Shown: one piece after another, positions 1-13,245 of the stretch
How positions within the stretch are numbered: the stretch's first letter is position 1
Layout: each line of letters begins with the position of its first letter
Origin: Malacoraja senta
Taxonomy: Eukaryota
Direction of reading: 5' to 3'
DNA length: 64,000 nucleotides
Assembly: GCA_038087875.1 (NCBI GenBank)
Contig: CM075980.1
Location: forward strand, 64,976,001 to 65,040,000
Translations under genes and position numbers: made by a program
The notes under the pieces: generated by a model
The model's database searches: none
What the model saw: only the letters and a program-made list of their open reading frames with translations
What the model was told of the DNA's origin: nothing

Positions 1-437
1 TAAACACTGCCCAGTCCATCATCGGCCCTGACCTTCCTTCCATCGAGGGGATTTATCGCAGTCGCTGCCTCAAAAAGGCTGGCAGTATCATCAAAGACCC
101 ACACCATCCTGGCCACACACTCATCTCCCTGCTACCTTCAGGTAGAAGATACAGGAGCCTGAAGACTGCAACAACCAGGTTCAGGAATAGCTACTTCCCC
201 ACAGCCATCAGGCTATTAAACCTGGCTCGGACAAAACTCTGAACTTTAATAACCCATTATCTGTTATTTGCACTTCATCAGTTTATTTATTCATGTGTGT
301 ATATATTTATAATTATGGTATATGGACACACTGATCTGTTTTGTTGTAAATGCCTACTATGTTCTGTGTGCTGAAGCAAAGCAAGAATTTCATTGTCCTA
401 TCAGGGACACATGACAATAAACTCACTTGAACTTGAA
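1..437 (+). mobile_element. Rex1/Babar-type LINE 3' end
   Basis: Encodes ...DPHHPGHTLISLLPSGRRYRS...RFRNSYFPTAIRLLN; ends with AATAAA and a (CTTGAA)n tail. Confidence 0.75.
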
Positions 438-1962
438 CTCAATGGTATAAACATCGAATTCCCCAATTTTGGGTAACCTCCAACGTCTTCCTCCCCTTTC
501 TCCCCCCTACCCCTTTTCCACTCCCATCCCTTGTGCCATATCTGGACTTGCACCTATCCATGTTCTCCAGAGATGCTGTCTGACCGTTTGAGTTACTCCA
601 GCACCTTGTTTTTTTGTAAACCAGCACCTCCAGTTCCTTATTTCTACTTGCATGCCTTACACTATGATTTCCCAAGTCATTAATATAAATGGTAGAAATT
701 GATGGCCAAGATCTGATTCAAGGGGTAATCCACTAGTTACACCGCTTCAGGGCATGAAGATGCCAGGGGAGGAGTAACACTATATAAATGCAGTTTAAGA
801 GTGACCACATATTGGGAAAATCTGCAGTGGTGGAAAATGCATGCGCCCACCCTTACTGCTCATGAAGGAAAAGGTAAAGTCATCCTTTTAACTACTCAGC
901 AATAAACACAAACCTCTCCCACTCCTCCACCCATTGCCTTTATTTCCTTAGTTCTACCCCTCATATCACCGCATTGCACTGTATAGTACGGAATCTGAAT
1001 ATTTAATCTAGGCTGCAGTTGTGAGGGCTTACTGCCATGATTAAACCACCACCTTTGAGGTTAGTTAATAAACAGGGGCAGAATTTGTCCCTCTAGATGG
1101 ATATAACAGATTCTGTGGCACCATCAGAAAGAGCAGAAAACTCTTGAGTCCTGGAAATCATTCCTCCTTTCACCAACACCATTAATCAATTATATGATTA
1201 TTGATTCAAGATGTTGTTTGTAAAACCTTGACATTTCAGCCAGTTAATACATCTGTTCAAACAGCCGAGGCTCTCTTTGAAATTATTTAATTGTCCTGGA
1301 AAGACTATGGGACATTTCACTAATGTCTGTTTTGTTTTACTCCACTGAAATATCTTCCACTCTGTTCATGCACATTAAAAGGTGTGGAGCAGTCATCTTT
1401 TAAAACAGGCCCTTTCAGCCAGATGGCTGGAACATAGCAGAAATACCTAGAGATTGCAATGCACTAAAATGTAACCACATTGAGAATAGCGATGGAAATA
1501 TTTCACTATTGTCTGCTATCCTTTCAAATTTTACATATTCCGCTCCCACTCATTGGTTCCTTGAGCCACTGAGAATCGAAGGTCCAGAAATGTTTCAGTA
1601 ACTCTATGAATTCAGGTTGTTGCGAAATGTTTCTGATGCTGCAGAGTTCAATCATATTTGCTGGCCAGGTTTAGAGATTAAGTATTTCTGTTTGTGCCTC
1701 ATGTAAAATTAATTCTATCGGTTAAAGACTTGATAGGAAATTAAACAATTAATAAACAAAAGCTGGCCCTGTCCAGCTTGCCAGTGTCAAACTGTCACTA
1801 ACAGTTGCAAGTAACCCAACCAATCTGTCATTTCTATCTAAATGAAGCATGGCTAGAAAATATTTTAAATAATTTTAATTCACTTTTATTTTGCTGTCCT
1901 TCGTACACAGCGGCAGAGGTTATAGGGTGTCTGTAATTCACCAAATCTGGGAACAGAAGATC

Positions 1963-3250
1963 TGCCTACCTCTTTGTAGGGTATGTCGAACAATCCCTGT
2001 TCCAGGCGTACACTGGCCCCATCACCAAACTCTACCTCCGCTACATTGACGACTGCATTGGTGCTACCTCCTGCACCCATGCAGAACTCACTGACTTCAT
2101 CAACTTCACCACTAATTTCCATCCTGCACTCAAATTCACTTGGGCCATCTCCAACATCTCCCTATCGTTTCTAGATCTCACCGTCTCCATCACAGGAAAA
2201 AGACTATTGACCGACATCTACAACAAACCTACTGACTCCCATAGCTATCTTGACTACACTTCTTCCTATCCTGCTTCTTATAAAGACTCTATCCCATACT
2301 TCCAATTTCTCCGTCTATGCCGCATCTGCGCCCAGGACGAGGTTTCCATTCCAGGGCATCGGAGATGTCCTCATTCTTTAGAGAATGGGCATTCCCCTCT
2401 TCCATTATAGATGAGGCTCTCACTAGGGTCTCCTTGATATCCCGCAGCTCCGCTCTTACTCCCCCTCCCCCTATTCGTAACAAGGACAGAGTCCCCCTTG
2501 TCCTCACCTTTCACCCCATCAGCCGTGGCATACACCATATAATCCTCCAACATTTTTGCCACCTCCGAAACTCCCTGGTCAACTCGTCCCTTCCCACCCA
2601 AACCACCCCCTCTCCGGGTACTTTCCCCTGTAACCATAGGAGATGCAACACCTGTTCCTTTACCTCCCCCTCGACATCATCCAAGGGCCCAAACAGTCTT
2701 TCCAGGTGAGGCAGAGGTTCAGTTGCACTTCCTCCAACCTCATCTACTGTATACGGTGTTCTAGGTGTCAACTTCTCTACATCGGCAAGACCAAGCGCAG
2801 GCTCGCCGATCGTTTCGCTGAACACCTCCGCTCGGTCCGTCTTAACCTACCTGATCTCCCAGTGGCTCAGCACTTCAACTCCCCCTCCCATTCACAATCT
2901 GACCTTCCTGTCCTGGGCCTCCTCCATTGTCAGAGTGAAGCTCAGTCCAAATTGGAGGAACAGCACCTCATATTTCGCTTGGGTAGTTTACACCCCAGCA
3001 GTATGAACATTGACTTCTCTAACTTTTGGTAGCCCTTGCTTTCTCTCTCCATCCCCTCCCCTTCCCAGTTCTCCAACCAGTCTTACTGTCTCTGCCTACA
3101 TTCTATCTTTTCCCTCCCCTGACATCAGTCTGAAGAAGGGTCTCGAGCCAAAACGTCACCAATTCCTTCTCTCCATAGATGCTGCCTAACCCGCTGAGCG
3201 ACTCCCGCATTTTGTGTCTACCTTTGATTTTACCAGCATCTGTAATTCTT
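1963..3250 (+). mobile_element. Penelope-like retroelement, 5'-truncated (RT C-terminus, GIY-YIG endonuclease, 3' terminal region)
   Basis: YIDD motif near 2043; ORF 2643-3032 SNLIYCIRC...LYIGKTKR (GIY-YIG); degenerate hammerhead motif at 3130-3157. Confidence 0.88.
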
Positions 3251-3614
3251 TCTTAAACATCTGCTGGAAATTGATGACTTTGCTTTCATGCTGCAATGGT
3301 GTGGAACATTCAATGCACTATGAGCCAAAGTTGCATGAAAGCTCCATGCCAATCAAAGCAGCTTTAGACAAGTAACTGCAGTTCATTCACGAGGGACAAA
3401 TTACTGTAAGAGAGAGGAAGCAACATCCACATCTCTCTGTTTATATTTAAAAAATGGTAAAGTGGCTGTGCTAAAAACATCTGGAAACTGTGATATTCAG
3501 AAGTCCTAGCTAAGCTTGATTTATTTCCTGAATGGTATGGGTAGGTGGTCAAATTCTCTATTGCTAGAGATAATTACTACCTCAAATATTATCCCAGCCA
3601 AAATGTTATCCTGA

Positions 3615-4127
3615 TTGAGACACAGAAACAGACCCCTCGGCACAAAATGCTCCATGCCAATCAAAGTGTTTTTCTGAGATGGTCTAATTTGCTAGTATTT
3701 GGCCCATACCTCTATAACCTTTCTTATTCATATACCTATCCAAAATCTCTTTTAAATGTTGTATTTGTACCCACTTCTACACTTCGTCTGGCAGACTGTT
3801 CCTTCGCCCACCACTGGGTGAAAAAGGTCCCTTTTAAATCTTTTCCCTCTCACCTTGAACCTATACACTCATGTTTTAGACTTCCCTACCCTGAAAAAAA
3901 GACAATGACCAACCACCTTAACTACATGATTTTATACAAGCTCTATAAGATCACCTCTTGGCCTCCCACTCTCCAGGGTAAAAAGACCCAGCCTACCATT
4001 ATAACTCAAGTCCTTCAGCCCTGATAACATCATAGTTAATCTTTTCTGCACCCTTTCCAGCTTAATTACATCTTTCCTATTGCTGGATAACCAGAACTGA
4101 ATATCCTTTGACTCCTTCCAAACCAAA
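3615..4127 (-). mobile_element. CR1 LINE 3' fragment
   Basis: QFW...RKDVIKLERVQKRLT CR1 ORF2 C-terminal peptide. Confidence 0.75.
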
Positions 4128-4148
4128 TTTACATTCAAAAGAAGGGTT

Positions 4149-4176
4149 CTGAAGAAGGGTTTCGGCCCGAAACGTT
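4149..4176 (+). ncRNA. Minimal hammerhead ribozyme motif (Penelope-derived)
   Basis: CUGAAGA-A-GGGU[UUCG]GCCC-GAAA-C-GUU; lies in the insertion 4139-4241 with TSD TTTACATTCAA. Confidence 0.7.
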
Positions 4177-4261
4177 GCCTATTTCCTTCGCTCCATAGAT
4201 GCTGCTGCATCCGCTGAGTTTCTCCAGCATTTTTGTGTACCTTTACATTCAATTGGCTTGC

Positions 4262-4482
4262 TCACCCTGGATCCCATGTGAGGAGACCGAGGACAGAAAG
4301 GTCTGTGCAGGAATGGGAAGGAGAATTAAAGTGTCCAGCAACCGGGAGATCAGGTTGGTTCACACGGACTGAGCAAAGGTGTTCTGCGAAACGATCGCCC
4401 AGTCTGCGTTTGGTCTCACCGATGTGCAAGAGTCCACATTTTGAACAACGGATACAGTAGATGAGGTTGAAGGAGGTGCAAG
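4262..4482 (-). mobile_element. Penelope GIY-YIG fragment
   Basis: [30 protein letters not shown]. Confidence 0.85.
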
Positions 4483-5039
4483 AACATGGATGAAACAACA
4501 GAAGGCAGTTTGGACGAGGATATCTTGCAGAGAAAACCCAGTGCTGGGGATAATTAACCATCAATTAAACACAACCATTCTCCCCTAATCAAGAAGGCAT
4601 GACTGTGGCAGGCGAGATGATTTTCCCTTGATGCCTATTGACTTCAGCTTCCTTGGTATCAAAATGACAAATGCTACCATTACATCAACAGATACCAATC
4701 TCATTCTACCGCTGCAATTCCTGCCAAAATCAAGATTGTGTTAAGGTGTGGAGACAAGTGGCCCCTGTGATACCCAAATTGAGGAGTGAGCAGAATGTTG
4801 GGTGAATACATGCCACTTGTTAGCATTGTCAATTACACCTTATACTTTTGTTGATTGATGGTCAGTGGGGCAATATTTAGCAGTTGGATTGATCCTGCCT
4901 TTTGTACAGAAAACAAACTTGGGGTACATTCCTATATTGTTAGGTAGATGCCAATTCTTTCACTATATTAGTTACAGACTTGCCGAGCTGTAGAGCATGT
5001 CATCACCACAGCTACAATGTTTTCGGCTCCCATTAGTTG

Positions 5040-5282
5040 TGTTTAGAGATACAGCGTGGAATCAGACTCTTCAGCCCACCAAGTCCGCGCCGACCAGTGA
5101 TCACCGGTACACTAGTTCTAATACCCGGAATAATTTACAGAACCAATTACCCTACAAACCTGCAGCACCTGGAGAAAACCCACGGGTCACAAGGAGAACA
5201 TAAGACTGTACAGTCAGCATCTGTAGTCAGGAATGAGCCCTGGTCTCTGACGCTGTAAGGTAGCAATTCGACCACTGTGCCA
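5040..5282 (-). mobile_element. Degenerate V-SINE (HE1-like)
   Basis: Similar to the intact copy at 21527-21853. Confidence 0.65.
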
Positions 5283-6379
5283 ACTAAATGCATAAACTGT
5301 ACCCAGTGTGTTCATGTGAATTGTATTGACTGATGATAGGCACCTGTGATGGCAAGAATCTCGGGAAGAAATGTGGTCACCAATGCGCATTTCTGATCCG
5401 TCTACTAATATTATATCCTTGCATTGGCACTCACTTGATAGGATCTGCCATTAATGCAGATGAATGTTTTCATATCTGCTATTCAATGGCTAACACCATT
5501 CACAACATGGACACTCGAGTGTTACAAAACTTTGAATGTTGGCTGAAAGTACAATTCCACAAGTACAATCTTGTCAGGCTGTTTCTTTATTCGCCTTTGG
5601 GACTGTTCTCCTGAAAGATATCAGTCCCTCCTAGAAGAGTTTGTAGCATCAGGTGCCTGGCTTTATGCCAATGTGATCTATCATTCTATTTGTATTTTTG
5701 TTTAAATGCGTCACCTGAACGGCAGTTAGGAATTAACCACATTATTGTGGGAGTGCATCATGTTTAGACTAGATTGTGGATTTTCTTCCAAGGACATTAA
5801 TAAAAAGTTGAGCATTTGGACGCCCATGACGGACAGTGAAATTTAAATATATTAAATTCCCTAAGTTGCTGTCATAGATTTGTATTTTTGACCTGGATCA
5901 AAAGTCCATGCCTTTGTTTAAACTTAGCAATATAAGTATTACTATGGCTCTGTTGTATTGCAGCAAACTAACATTGGTGGCATTATTTCTGACTTTGTTA
6001 AGGCATAACTAACACACATTTTACTCCCAATGACACTGTAAAAGAGCATGGTTCGCAGCAAGAAGCTCTTCTTCACAAGGCTTTGCAACCAGCAACAATA
6101 GCTTGCACTAGACCAAAACAAAGGCCTGACTGCTCAGAATGTAGACTGCCAGTGAAGAGCAGCATTTTTTTTTTCCATTTCCCCTTACGCTTTATTTGAC
6201 CGCTATGTTTCAGTAAGCTTTGTCAAACCATCTGAAGATTAAAAGAAACGATCTGGGACATACATGCCATGTGTCACCTGGTACACACTATCAATTTGCT
6301 TGTTTCTAACAATAGACTGTGGGAGTGGCCACATTTACATAAAAGGTACATCAGAGCAACATCACTGGAAATCCCACTA

Positions 6380-6800
6380 GCACAAGAGAACAAGAGAGGA
6401 ACTGCAGATGCCAGTTTATATTTTTAAAAAGACAGTGCTGGAGTACCTTAGTGGGTCAGACGGCATCTCTGGAGAACATGGATAGGTGACATTTCAGGTT
6501 GGGACCCTTCATCAGACCGATTGGGGTAGGTGGGGGGAAAGAAAGCTAGAATGACCAATTGTCAACTTCACCGATGAAAGAATTTTCTAGTTCACCTTTC
6601 ACCAGCTTCTGAACTCAAAGGTCAACACTGAACACCAGCAAAAGACAGCGAAGTGCTGGAGTAACTCAGTGGGTCAGGCCACATCTCTGGAGAATATGGA
6701 TAGGTGACATTTTGGGTCGAGACCCGTCTTCAGAACGATTGTACGGGGGTGACGAGAGTAGAAAGTTAGTAAAGGGGAGAGGAAGGACAGAGCATAGCAG
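6380..6800 (-). mobile_element. Two short Penelope 3'-terminal fragments with hammerhead-like motifs (6488-6515, 6706-6733)
   Basis: Reverse complement of CTGAnGA..GGGT....ACC.GAAA.GTC followed by the gatgctg...tgagttactccagca tail. Confidence 0.7.
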
Positions 6801-7225
6801 GTAGTAGGTCAACCTCAAGCACCAAAGCACCTCCTCTTGCTGTTTGCTATCTGCCCAACTTGAAAAAAGGCAACAGCAATAAACAAGGCCCTGTGAGCCC
6901 ATTCCATCATTAGATCAGTTAATTACACTTTCAACTCCCTTTTCATCTCTATTCCTCAAATATGAACTCAAAACTCTTACAGTCCAAATATACACTTCAA
7001 TTTTGCACATATTCAATGCCAACTTCCACAACATGCTGGCAAAGAGAATTTCAAAAACCGCATCCTGGGAAAACAGAGAATCAGTCACCCTATCCTAGAG
7101 GGACATACTATTCTACGGTTCTGCTGCAGCCCTCTCTCCCAAGTCCTACCAACAGCAGGAGTAGCCTCTGAAATGTGGAGAGGATGTTTCCATTAATGGG
7201 AGAATTTAGGACTAGAGGTCATAGC

Positions 7226-7425
7226 NNNNNNNNNNNNNNNNNNNNNNNNNNNNNNNNNNNNNNNNNNNNNNNNNNNNNNNNNNNNNNNNNNNNNNNNNNN
7301 NNNNNNNNNNNNNNNNNNNNNNNNNNNNNNNNNNNNNNNNNNNNNNNNNNNNNNNNNNNNNNNNNNNNNNNNNNNNNNNNNNNNNNNNNNNNNNNNNNNN
7401 NNNNNNNNNNNNNNNNNNNNNNNNN
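7226..7425. other. Assembly gap (200 N)
   Basis: Run of N. Confidence 1.
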
Positions 7426-10400
7426 CTAGTCCTATATACTTGTGTATTAGATTTAACATAATCCCTAATTTGTAGATATCTAAAAACATTATTTGAGTGC
7501 AGTCCATGATTCTGTTGTAACTCTTGAAATGACAAAAACATGCCTACCCTATAAAGATGTCCAATCTTTTTAATTCCATAATTTTTCCATTGTATAAAAC
7601 CTCTATCCAATATGGATGGCTTGAATAAAGGATTATTTACAATGGGAAGACGTAGTGGTATATTATTCAGTTTTAAAGCTTTCTTTAATTGTTTCCAAAT
7701 TCGTATTCCACTATGTATTATAGGGTTTTCCTTATAGGTTTTTTAATGCAATTTTGTTGGAGCAAATATAATCGAACCAATTTCAAAAGGTGAACAGTCT
7801 TCCTTTTCCATCCTTAACCAATCTGGATATTGATCCATTTCTTCCAGCCAGAAATTCATGTTTTTAATATGGACTGCCCAAAAATAAAATAAGAAATTTG
7901 GCAAAGCTCTTTGACTTACATAAATGTTTGCTCTTTGACTTACATAAATGTTTTTTGCTTATTCTATGATTCTTATAATCCCAGATAAAGCTTGTAACAA
8001 TAGAGTCGACTTTTTTGAAAACGTTTTTTGGGATATATATCGGAATTAATTGAAATAGGTACAGTAGTTGAGGTAAGAAGATCATTTTTATAGCATTAAT
8101 TCTACCAAGCATTGAAATGGGAATTGTTTTCCAGTACTGAATATTTTTGTGTAATTTATTAAGTAAGGGTGGAAAATTTAGTTTAAATAAAGAGGTATAT
8201 GTCTTAGTTACATTGATTCCTAAATATTTAAGTTTATCTTTAACTATTTTGAAAGGGGATTGTTGTATTGTATTTAAATCGAATTTTGTTATTGGCATGA
8301 TTTCACTTTTATTCCAGTTAATTCTATATCCTGAGAACTGACCAAATTGAGTTATTAGATTTAATAGATTTGGAATACTAGTTTCTAACTTTGTAATATA
8401 TATTAGTACATCATCTGCATATAAGGAAATTTTATTCCTTGTATCTCTCGTGTTGTACCCATGTATTCCTGGATGGGTTCTAACGCTTTCTGCTAATGGT
8501 TCAATGGCAAGAGCAAATAATAGTGGAGATAGAGAACATCCTTGTCTGCAACCTCTAGAAAGATTAAATTTAACTGATAACATTTGGTTTGTTAGTATTC
8601 TAGCTGTTGGATTGGAGTTTAATCCATGTACAGTACTTCTCTCCAAGTTGAAAATTTTCCATTACCGAAAATAAATATGACCATTCTACCTGGTCAAATG
8701 CTTTTTCAGCATCTAACGATATAATTGCTAGGTCTGCATTAGGAATTCTATTTGTATATATAATATTGAATAATCTTCTCAAATTATAAAATGAGTAACA
8801 TTTTGGAATAAAACCAGTTTGGTCGGGGTGTATTAATTTGTTAATCACTAAGCTCAATCTATGAGATAGGATTTTGGTTAATATTTTTGGATCAGTATTT
8901 AAGAGAGCTATTGCTCTATATGAACCTGGGTCTTCAGGATCCTTATCCGTTTTTGGTATAAGTATGATTGTAGATTCATTTAGAGTTTCTGGGAGTTTCT
9001 GTTGAGTATAAACTTATTTGTATAGTGTCTGTAGGCGTGGAGAAATCAGATCATAATTTTTAAAATAAAATTCAGAGCTTAGACCATCAGGACCTGGGGC
9101 CTTTCCGTTTTTTAAAATCTAATTGACTTTTCGATGTCTTTTACCGTAATTTCTGCATCTAGTGATTCTCTCTCTTTCTGATCTAAACCTGTAAGGTTAC
9201 ATTTCTGTAGAAATGTTTCCATTCCTGCTGATTGTTCTGTCATTTTAGATGAGTACAGTTTTTGATAGTATTGTAAAAATCTATCATTAATATCTTTAGG
9301 CAGTGTTAATATTTCTCCCTTGTCTGATCTAATTTTGTAAATTGTTTTTTCCCCGTCCAGTTTACGAAGTTGACGCGCTAATAGTTTTTGTGGTTTATCA
9401 CCAAATTCAAAGTTGAATTGTTTTGTATGTTGATATAGTTTTATAACTTGGTCTGAGTATATCTTATTTAACTTATATTTCAGTACTGCAATTTTATTGT
9501 GTTTTGCCATAGATGGTGCTATTGCATTTTCTATGTCTAATTGCCTTATTTCCGTTACCAAAGTCTGTCGTTTAGCCCTATTCTCTTTGTTAAGAAATGA
9601 TTGCGAAGAGATTAATGCTCCTCGCACAAATGCTTTAAATGTTTCCCAAAAAAGGGAGGCAGAGATTCCAGGGCTATCATTAGCCTCAAAGAACATATTA
9701 ATCTGTTTTACGAGATATTCATTACATAGTTTTTCTTTTAAGATTTGGGGGTTAAGTCTCCATTGCGACTGTGTCTCGGTCATTCCATTTAGTTTAACCA
9801 TAAATGTTAGTGGAGCATGATCTGATATTATAATATTATGATATTGCGAGTTATAGGTAAATGGGATAAGTTTAGAGTCTACTAAAAAGTAGTCTATCCT
9901 TGAGTAAGTTTTATGCACTGGTGAGTTAAATGAGTATTCTCGACCAGATGGATTTTCAATTCTCCAAACATCCTTAATGTTGGTAGTATTAATATATGAA
10001 TTTAGAAATTCACTTGACTGAGATTTTAATTTTCTTTGAGTTGATGATCTATCCAAGTAAGCATCCAGTGTACAGTTTAAGTCTCCACCGATAATTAAGT
10101 TATGTTGTGTACATTCCAGGATAGTGTTAAGTATTCTCTTAAAAAACAGGGGGCTATCAAAATTTGGTCCATACACATTAAGGAGAGTTACTTTTTTTGA
10201 ATATAATTCCCCTACTAATACAATATATCTGCCTTCAATATCTTCTATCGTTGATATATGTTTAAAGGGTATACCTTTACGAATTAATATTGCAACCCCT
10301 CTAGATTTATGTGGGAATGAAGAGTGATACGCTTTAGCAATCCATTTTGTTTTCAATCTATGTTGTGCTTCCTTTTTAAGATGTGTTTCCTGTAGAAATA

Positions 10401-10470
10401 TTATATCTGTTTTAAGTGATTTTAAATGAGCTAATACTTTACCTCTCTTGATTCGTTCATTGGTCCACAA
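7426..10470 (-). mobile_element. L1-clade LINE ORF2 (APE endonuclease + RT), frameshifted, AT-rich
   Basis: ORFs 9112-10470 (LQETH, GGDLN, SRIDYF, SDH), 8600-8857 (LDAEKAFD), 7864-8646 (RGCRQGCSLSPLLFALAIEPLA, LYADD). Confidence 0.92.
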
Positions 10471-10980
10471 TTTCTAGAGTTACTTCCTTAAGTACCTGGG
10501 ATACAGACCATCAGGCCCTGGGGATTTATCAGCCATCAGTCCCATCAGTCTACCCAACACCATTTCCTACCTAATGTGAATTTCCTTCAGTTCCTCCATC
10601 ACCCAAGATCCTCTGGCCACTAGTACATCAGGGAGATTGTTTGTGTCTTCCTTAGTGAAGATGGATCCAAAGTACCTGTTCAACTCATCTGCCATTTCCT
10701 TGTTCCCTGTAATAAATTCACCTGTTTCAGTCTTCAAGGGTCCAACTTTGGTCTTAACTAATTTTACTCTCTTCACATACCTAAAGAAGCTTTTACTATC
10801 TTCCTTTATATTCTTGGCTAGCTTACCTTCGTACCTCATCTTTTCTCCCGTATTGCCTTTTTAGTTATCTTCTGTTGCTCTTTAAAAGTTACCCAATCGT
10901 CTGGCTTCCAGCTCATCTTTGCTATGTTATACTTCTCTTTTATTTTTATATTGTCCTTGACTTTCCTTGTCAGCCACGGT

Positions 10981-11122
10981 TGGGGTGGAAGATTGCAACC
11001 TTCATGTGGTCCTCCCTGTTTCGACTAATGCAATCAACTCGATGTGCACACACAGATCAAATAGAACAAGTTGTCCTACAACTTTAGGCTGTGCACGCCA
11101 CACGAAAGAAGAAGAAGAAGAT
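10981..11122 (+). mobile_element. Short non-LTR 3'-end insertion with (GAA)n tail
   Basis: 8-bp TSD GCCACGGT at 10973-10980 and 11123-11130; (GAA)5 tail. Confidence 0.8.
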
Positions 11123-11652
11123 GCCACGGTCGCCCCTTACTCCCCTTAGAATCTTTCTTCCTCTTTGGAATGAACTGATCCTACACCTTCTGTATTATTC
11201 TGAGAAATACCTGCCATTGTTGTTCCACTGTCACCCCTGCTAGGGTATCTTTCCAGTCAACTTTGGCCAGCTCCTCCCTCATGGCTCCATAGTCCCCTTT
11301 GTTCAACTGTAATACTGACACTTCCGATTTTCCCTTCTCCCTCTCATATTGTAGCTTAAAACATCATATTATGGTCACTACCTCCTAATGACTTATTTAT
11401 CTCGTTCCCTTATCAAATCGGTTCATTACATAACACTAAATCCAGAATTGCCTTCTCCCTGGTAGGCTCCAGTACAAGCTGCTCTAAGAATCCATCACGG
11501 AGGCACTCCACAAACTCCCATTCTTGAGGTCCAGCACCAACCTGATTTTCCCAGTCTACCTGCATGTTGAAATCTCCCATAACAACCATAGCAATACCTT
11601 TACGACATGCCAATTTTAACTCTTAATTCAACTTGCACCCCATATCCAGGCT

Positions 11653-13245
11653 TGTAGAGGTGCAAATGTCATGAATAACAGGATGCTTTATTCAGGCATT
11701 GTAAGTTGACAATACATGGACGTTTAACACTCTAACATAACAGTTGTAGTTGTTGAGAGGCTGTTGCCTCGTGGGCTCGGTTGTGCTCCAGCTGCGGTGG
11801 CAGGACACTCTCAGGAAGTGAGAGGAGGAGCAAGAGCCAGAGACAGAGAACGAGAGAGAGGGATGGTCAGGACTTATATACTGGGACACACCCAATATAT
11901 CTCGTGACTCTTTCCCAGGGTTGCCGAGGGTTCGCATAGGAGGAGTGGCCTAACCATTAGGTGCCGCTACAGGACCCCCCCCCAGAACCGGAGGCAGGCC
12001 TTGAGGACAGACGTCGAAATTGGGTGCGGAAGCAAGATCGAGGGCAGCTCTCGCTGTGGGGTCGGTGGCAAGATCGAGGGCGGCTCCTGCATGTGGGTCG
12101 GGACGGAGGGCTCCACGGGCGCAGTGACGCTCTGCGTGGGCGATCCCGAGGTACCGAGGGGTGCCAGAAGACCGACGCAAAAAACGCACGATGGACGAGG
12201 GCGAATCTTGCTGTGGGGTTGGCGATAAGATCGAGGGCAGCTCCTGCATGTGGGTCTGGGACACCCCGGGCGTGGGTCGGGATGGAGGGCTCCACGGGCG
12301 CAGTGACGCTCTGCGTGGGCGATCCCGAGGTACGAAGGGTGCCAGAAGACCGACGCAAAAAACGCACGACGGACGAGGGATAACCCAGTCATGTCGACCA
12401 GCAGGGGACCGTGTGAAAGACGTCAGAAACAACAAGAAACTAATAACAATATTAAGCTAAGGCATTACAGAACGAAATGGAAAATATACACAAAGTCCAA
12501 AGTAGTAGGATGCCGAAAGTTCCGTTGTTCAAATCAAGCAGGGTAGGACAGGAAACAAAAGTTTGAAATGTCCAGTGTGCAATGAGCAGTGCTTGTAGTG
12601 CGGAGGCTGTCGTTACACCAATCGACCAGGGGTGGCGCTGTTGACGTCGGTCAGGCTGCAGATTCGCAACTCGACCAGAGGTGGCGCTGCTGACGGTAGT
12701 CGGGCTGCAGAGACAGCATCCAGCCGGAAGGTGGCGCTGTTGGCGGTGGTCAGGTAATACATGGACGTTTAACACTAACATAACAGTTGTAGTTGTTGAG
12801 AGGCTGTTGCCTCGTGGGCTCGGTTGTGCTCCTGCTGCGGTGGCAGGACACTCTCAGGAAACATAGAAACATAGAAACATAGAAATTAGGTGCAGGAGTA
12901 GGCCATTCGGCCCTTCGAGCCTGCACCGCCATTCAATATGATCATGGCTGATCATCCAACTCAGTATCTCGTACCTGCCTTCTCTCCATACCCTCTGATC
13001 CCTTTAGCCACAAGGGCCACATCTAACTCCCTCTTAAATATAGCCAATGAACTGGCCTCGACTACCCTCTGTGGCAGAGAGTTCCAGAGAAGTGAGAGGA
13101 GGAGCAAGAGCTAGAGACAGAGAACGAGAGAGAGGGAAGGTCAGGAGTTATATACTGGGACACACCCAATATATCTCGTGACTCTTTCCCAGGGTTGCCG
13201 AGGGTTCGAATAGGAGGAGTGGCCTAACCATTAGGTGCCGCTATA
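11653..13245 (-). mobile_element. Miniature / internally deleted LTR retrotransposon
   Basis: LTR TGTAG...CTACA at 11653-11971; second partial LTR at 12756-13245; 4-bp TSD GGCT; G-run PPT next to the left LTR. Confidence 0.85.
12861..13088 (-). mobile_element. Young CR1 3' tail inserted in the LTR
   Basis: (CATAGAAA)n tail; interrupts the LTR at CAGGAA/GTGAG; near-identical to 25453-25624 and 16313-16404. Confidence 0.85.

Noticed and set aside
660-1960. Exons of a neighbouring gene (for example BAP1, adjacent to DNAH1 in mammals); acceptor-like tract at about 1885-1910
   Set aside because: No recognisable protein similarity or consistent exon frame found by eye.
7175-7610. ORFs spanning N runs (also 43377-43866)
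   Set aside because: Artefacts of assembly gaps.
7906-7953. 24-bp tandem duplication in L1 ORF2 (similar small duplications at about 47253-47298 and 60823-60862)
   Set aside because: Ordinary slippage events with no evident function.
11950-12460. Overlapping 75-161 aa ORFs as a novel gene
   Set aside because: Stop-poor GC-rich tandem duplication inside an LTR element; open in most frames.
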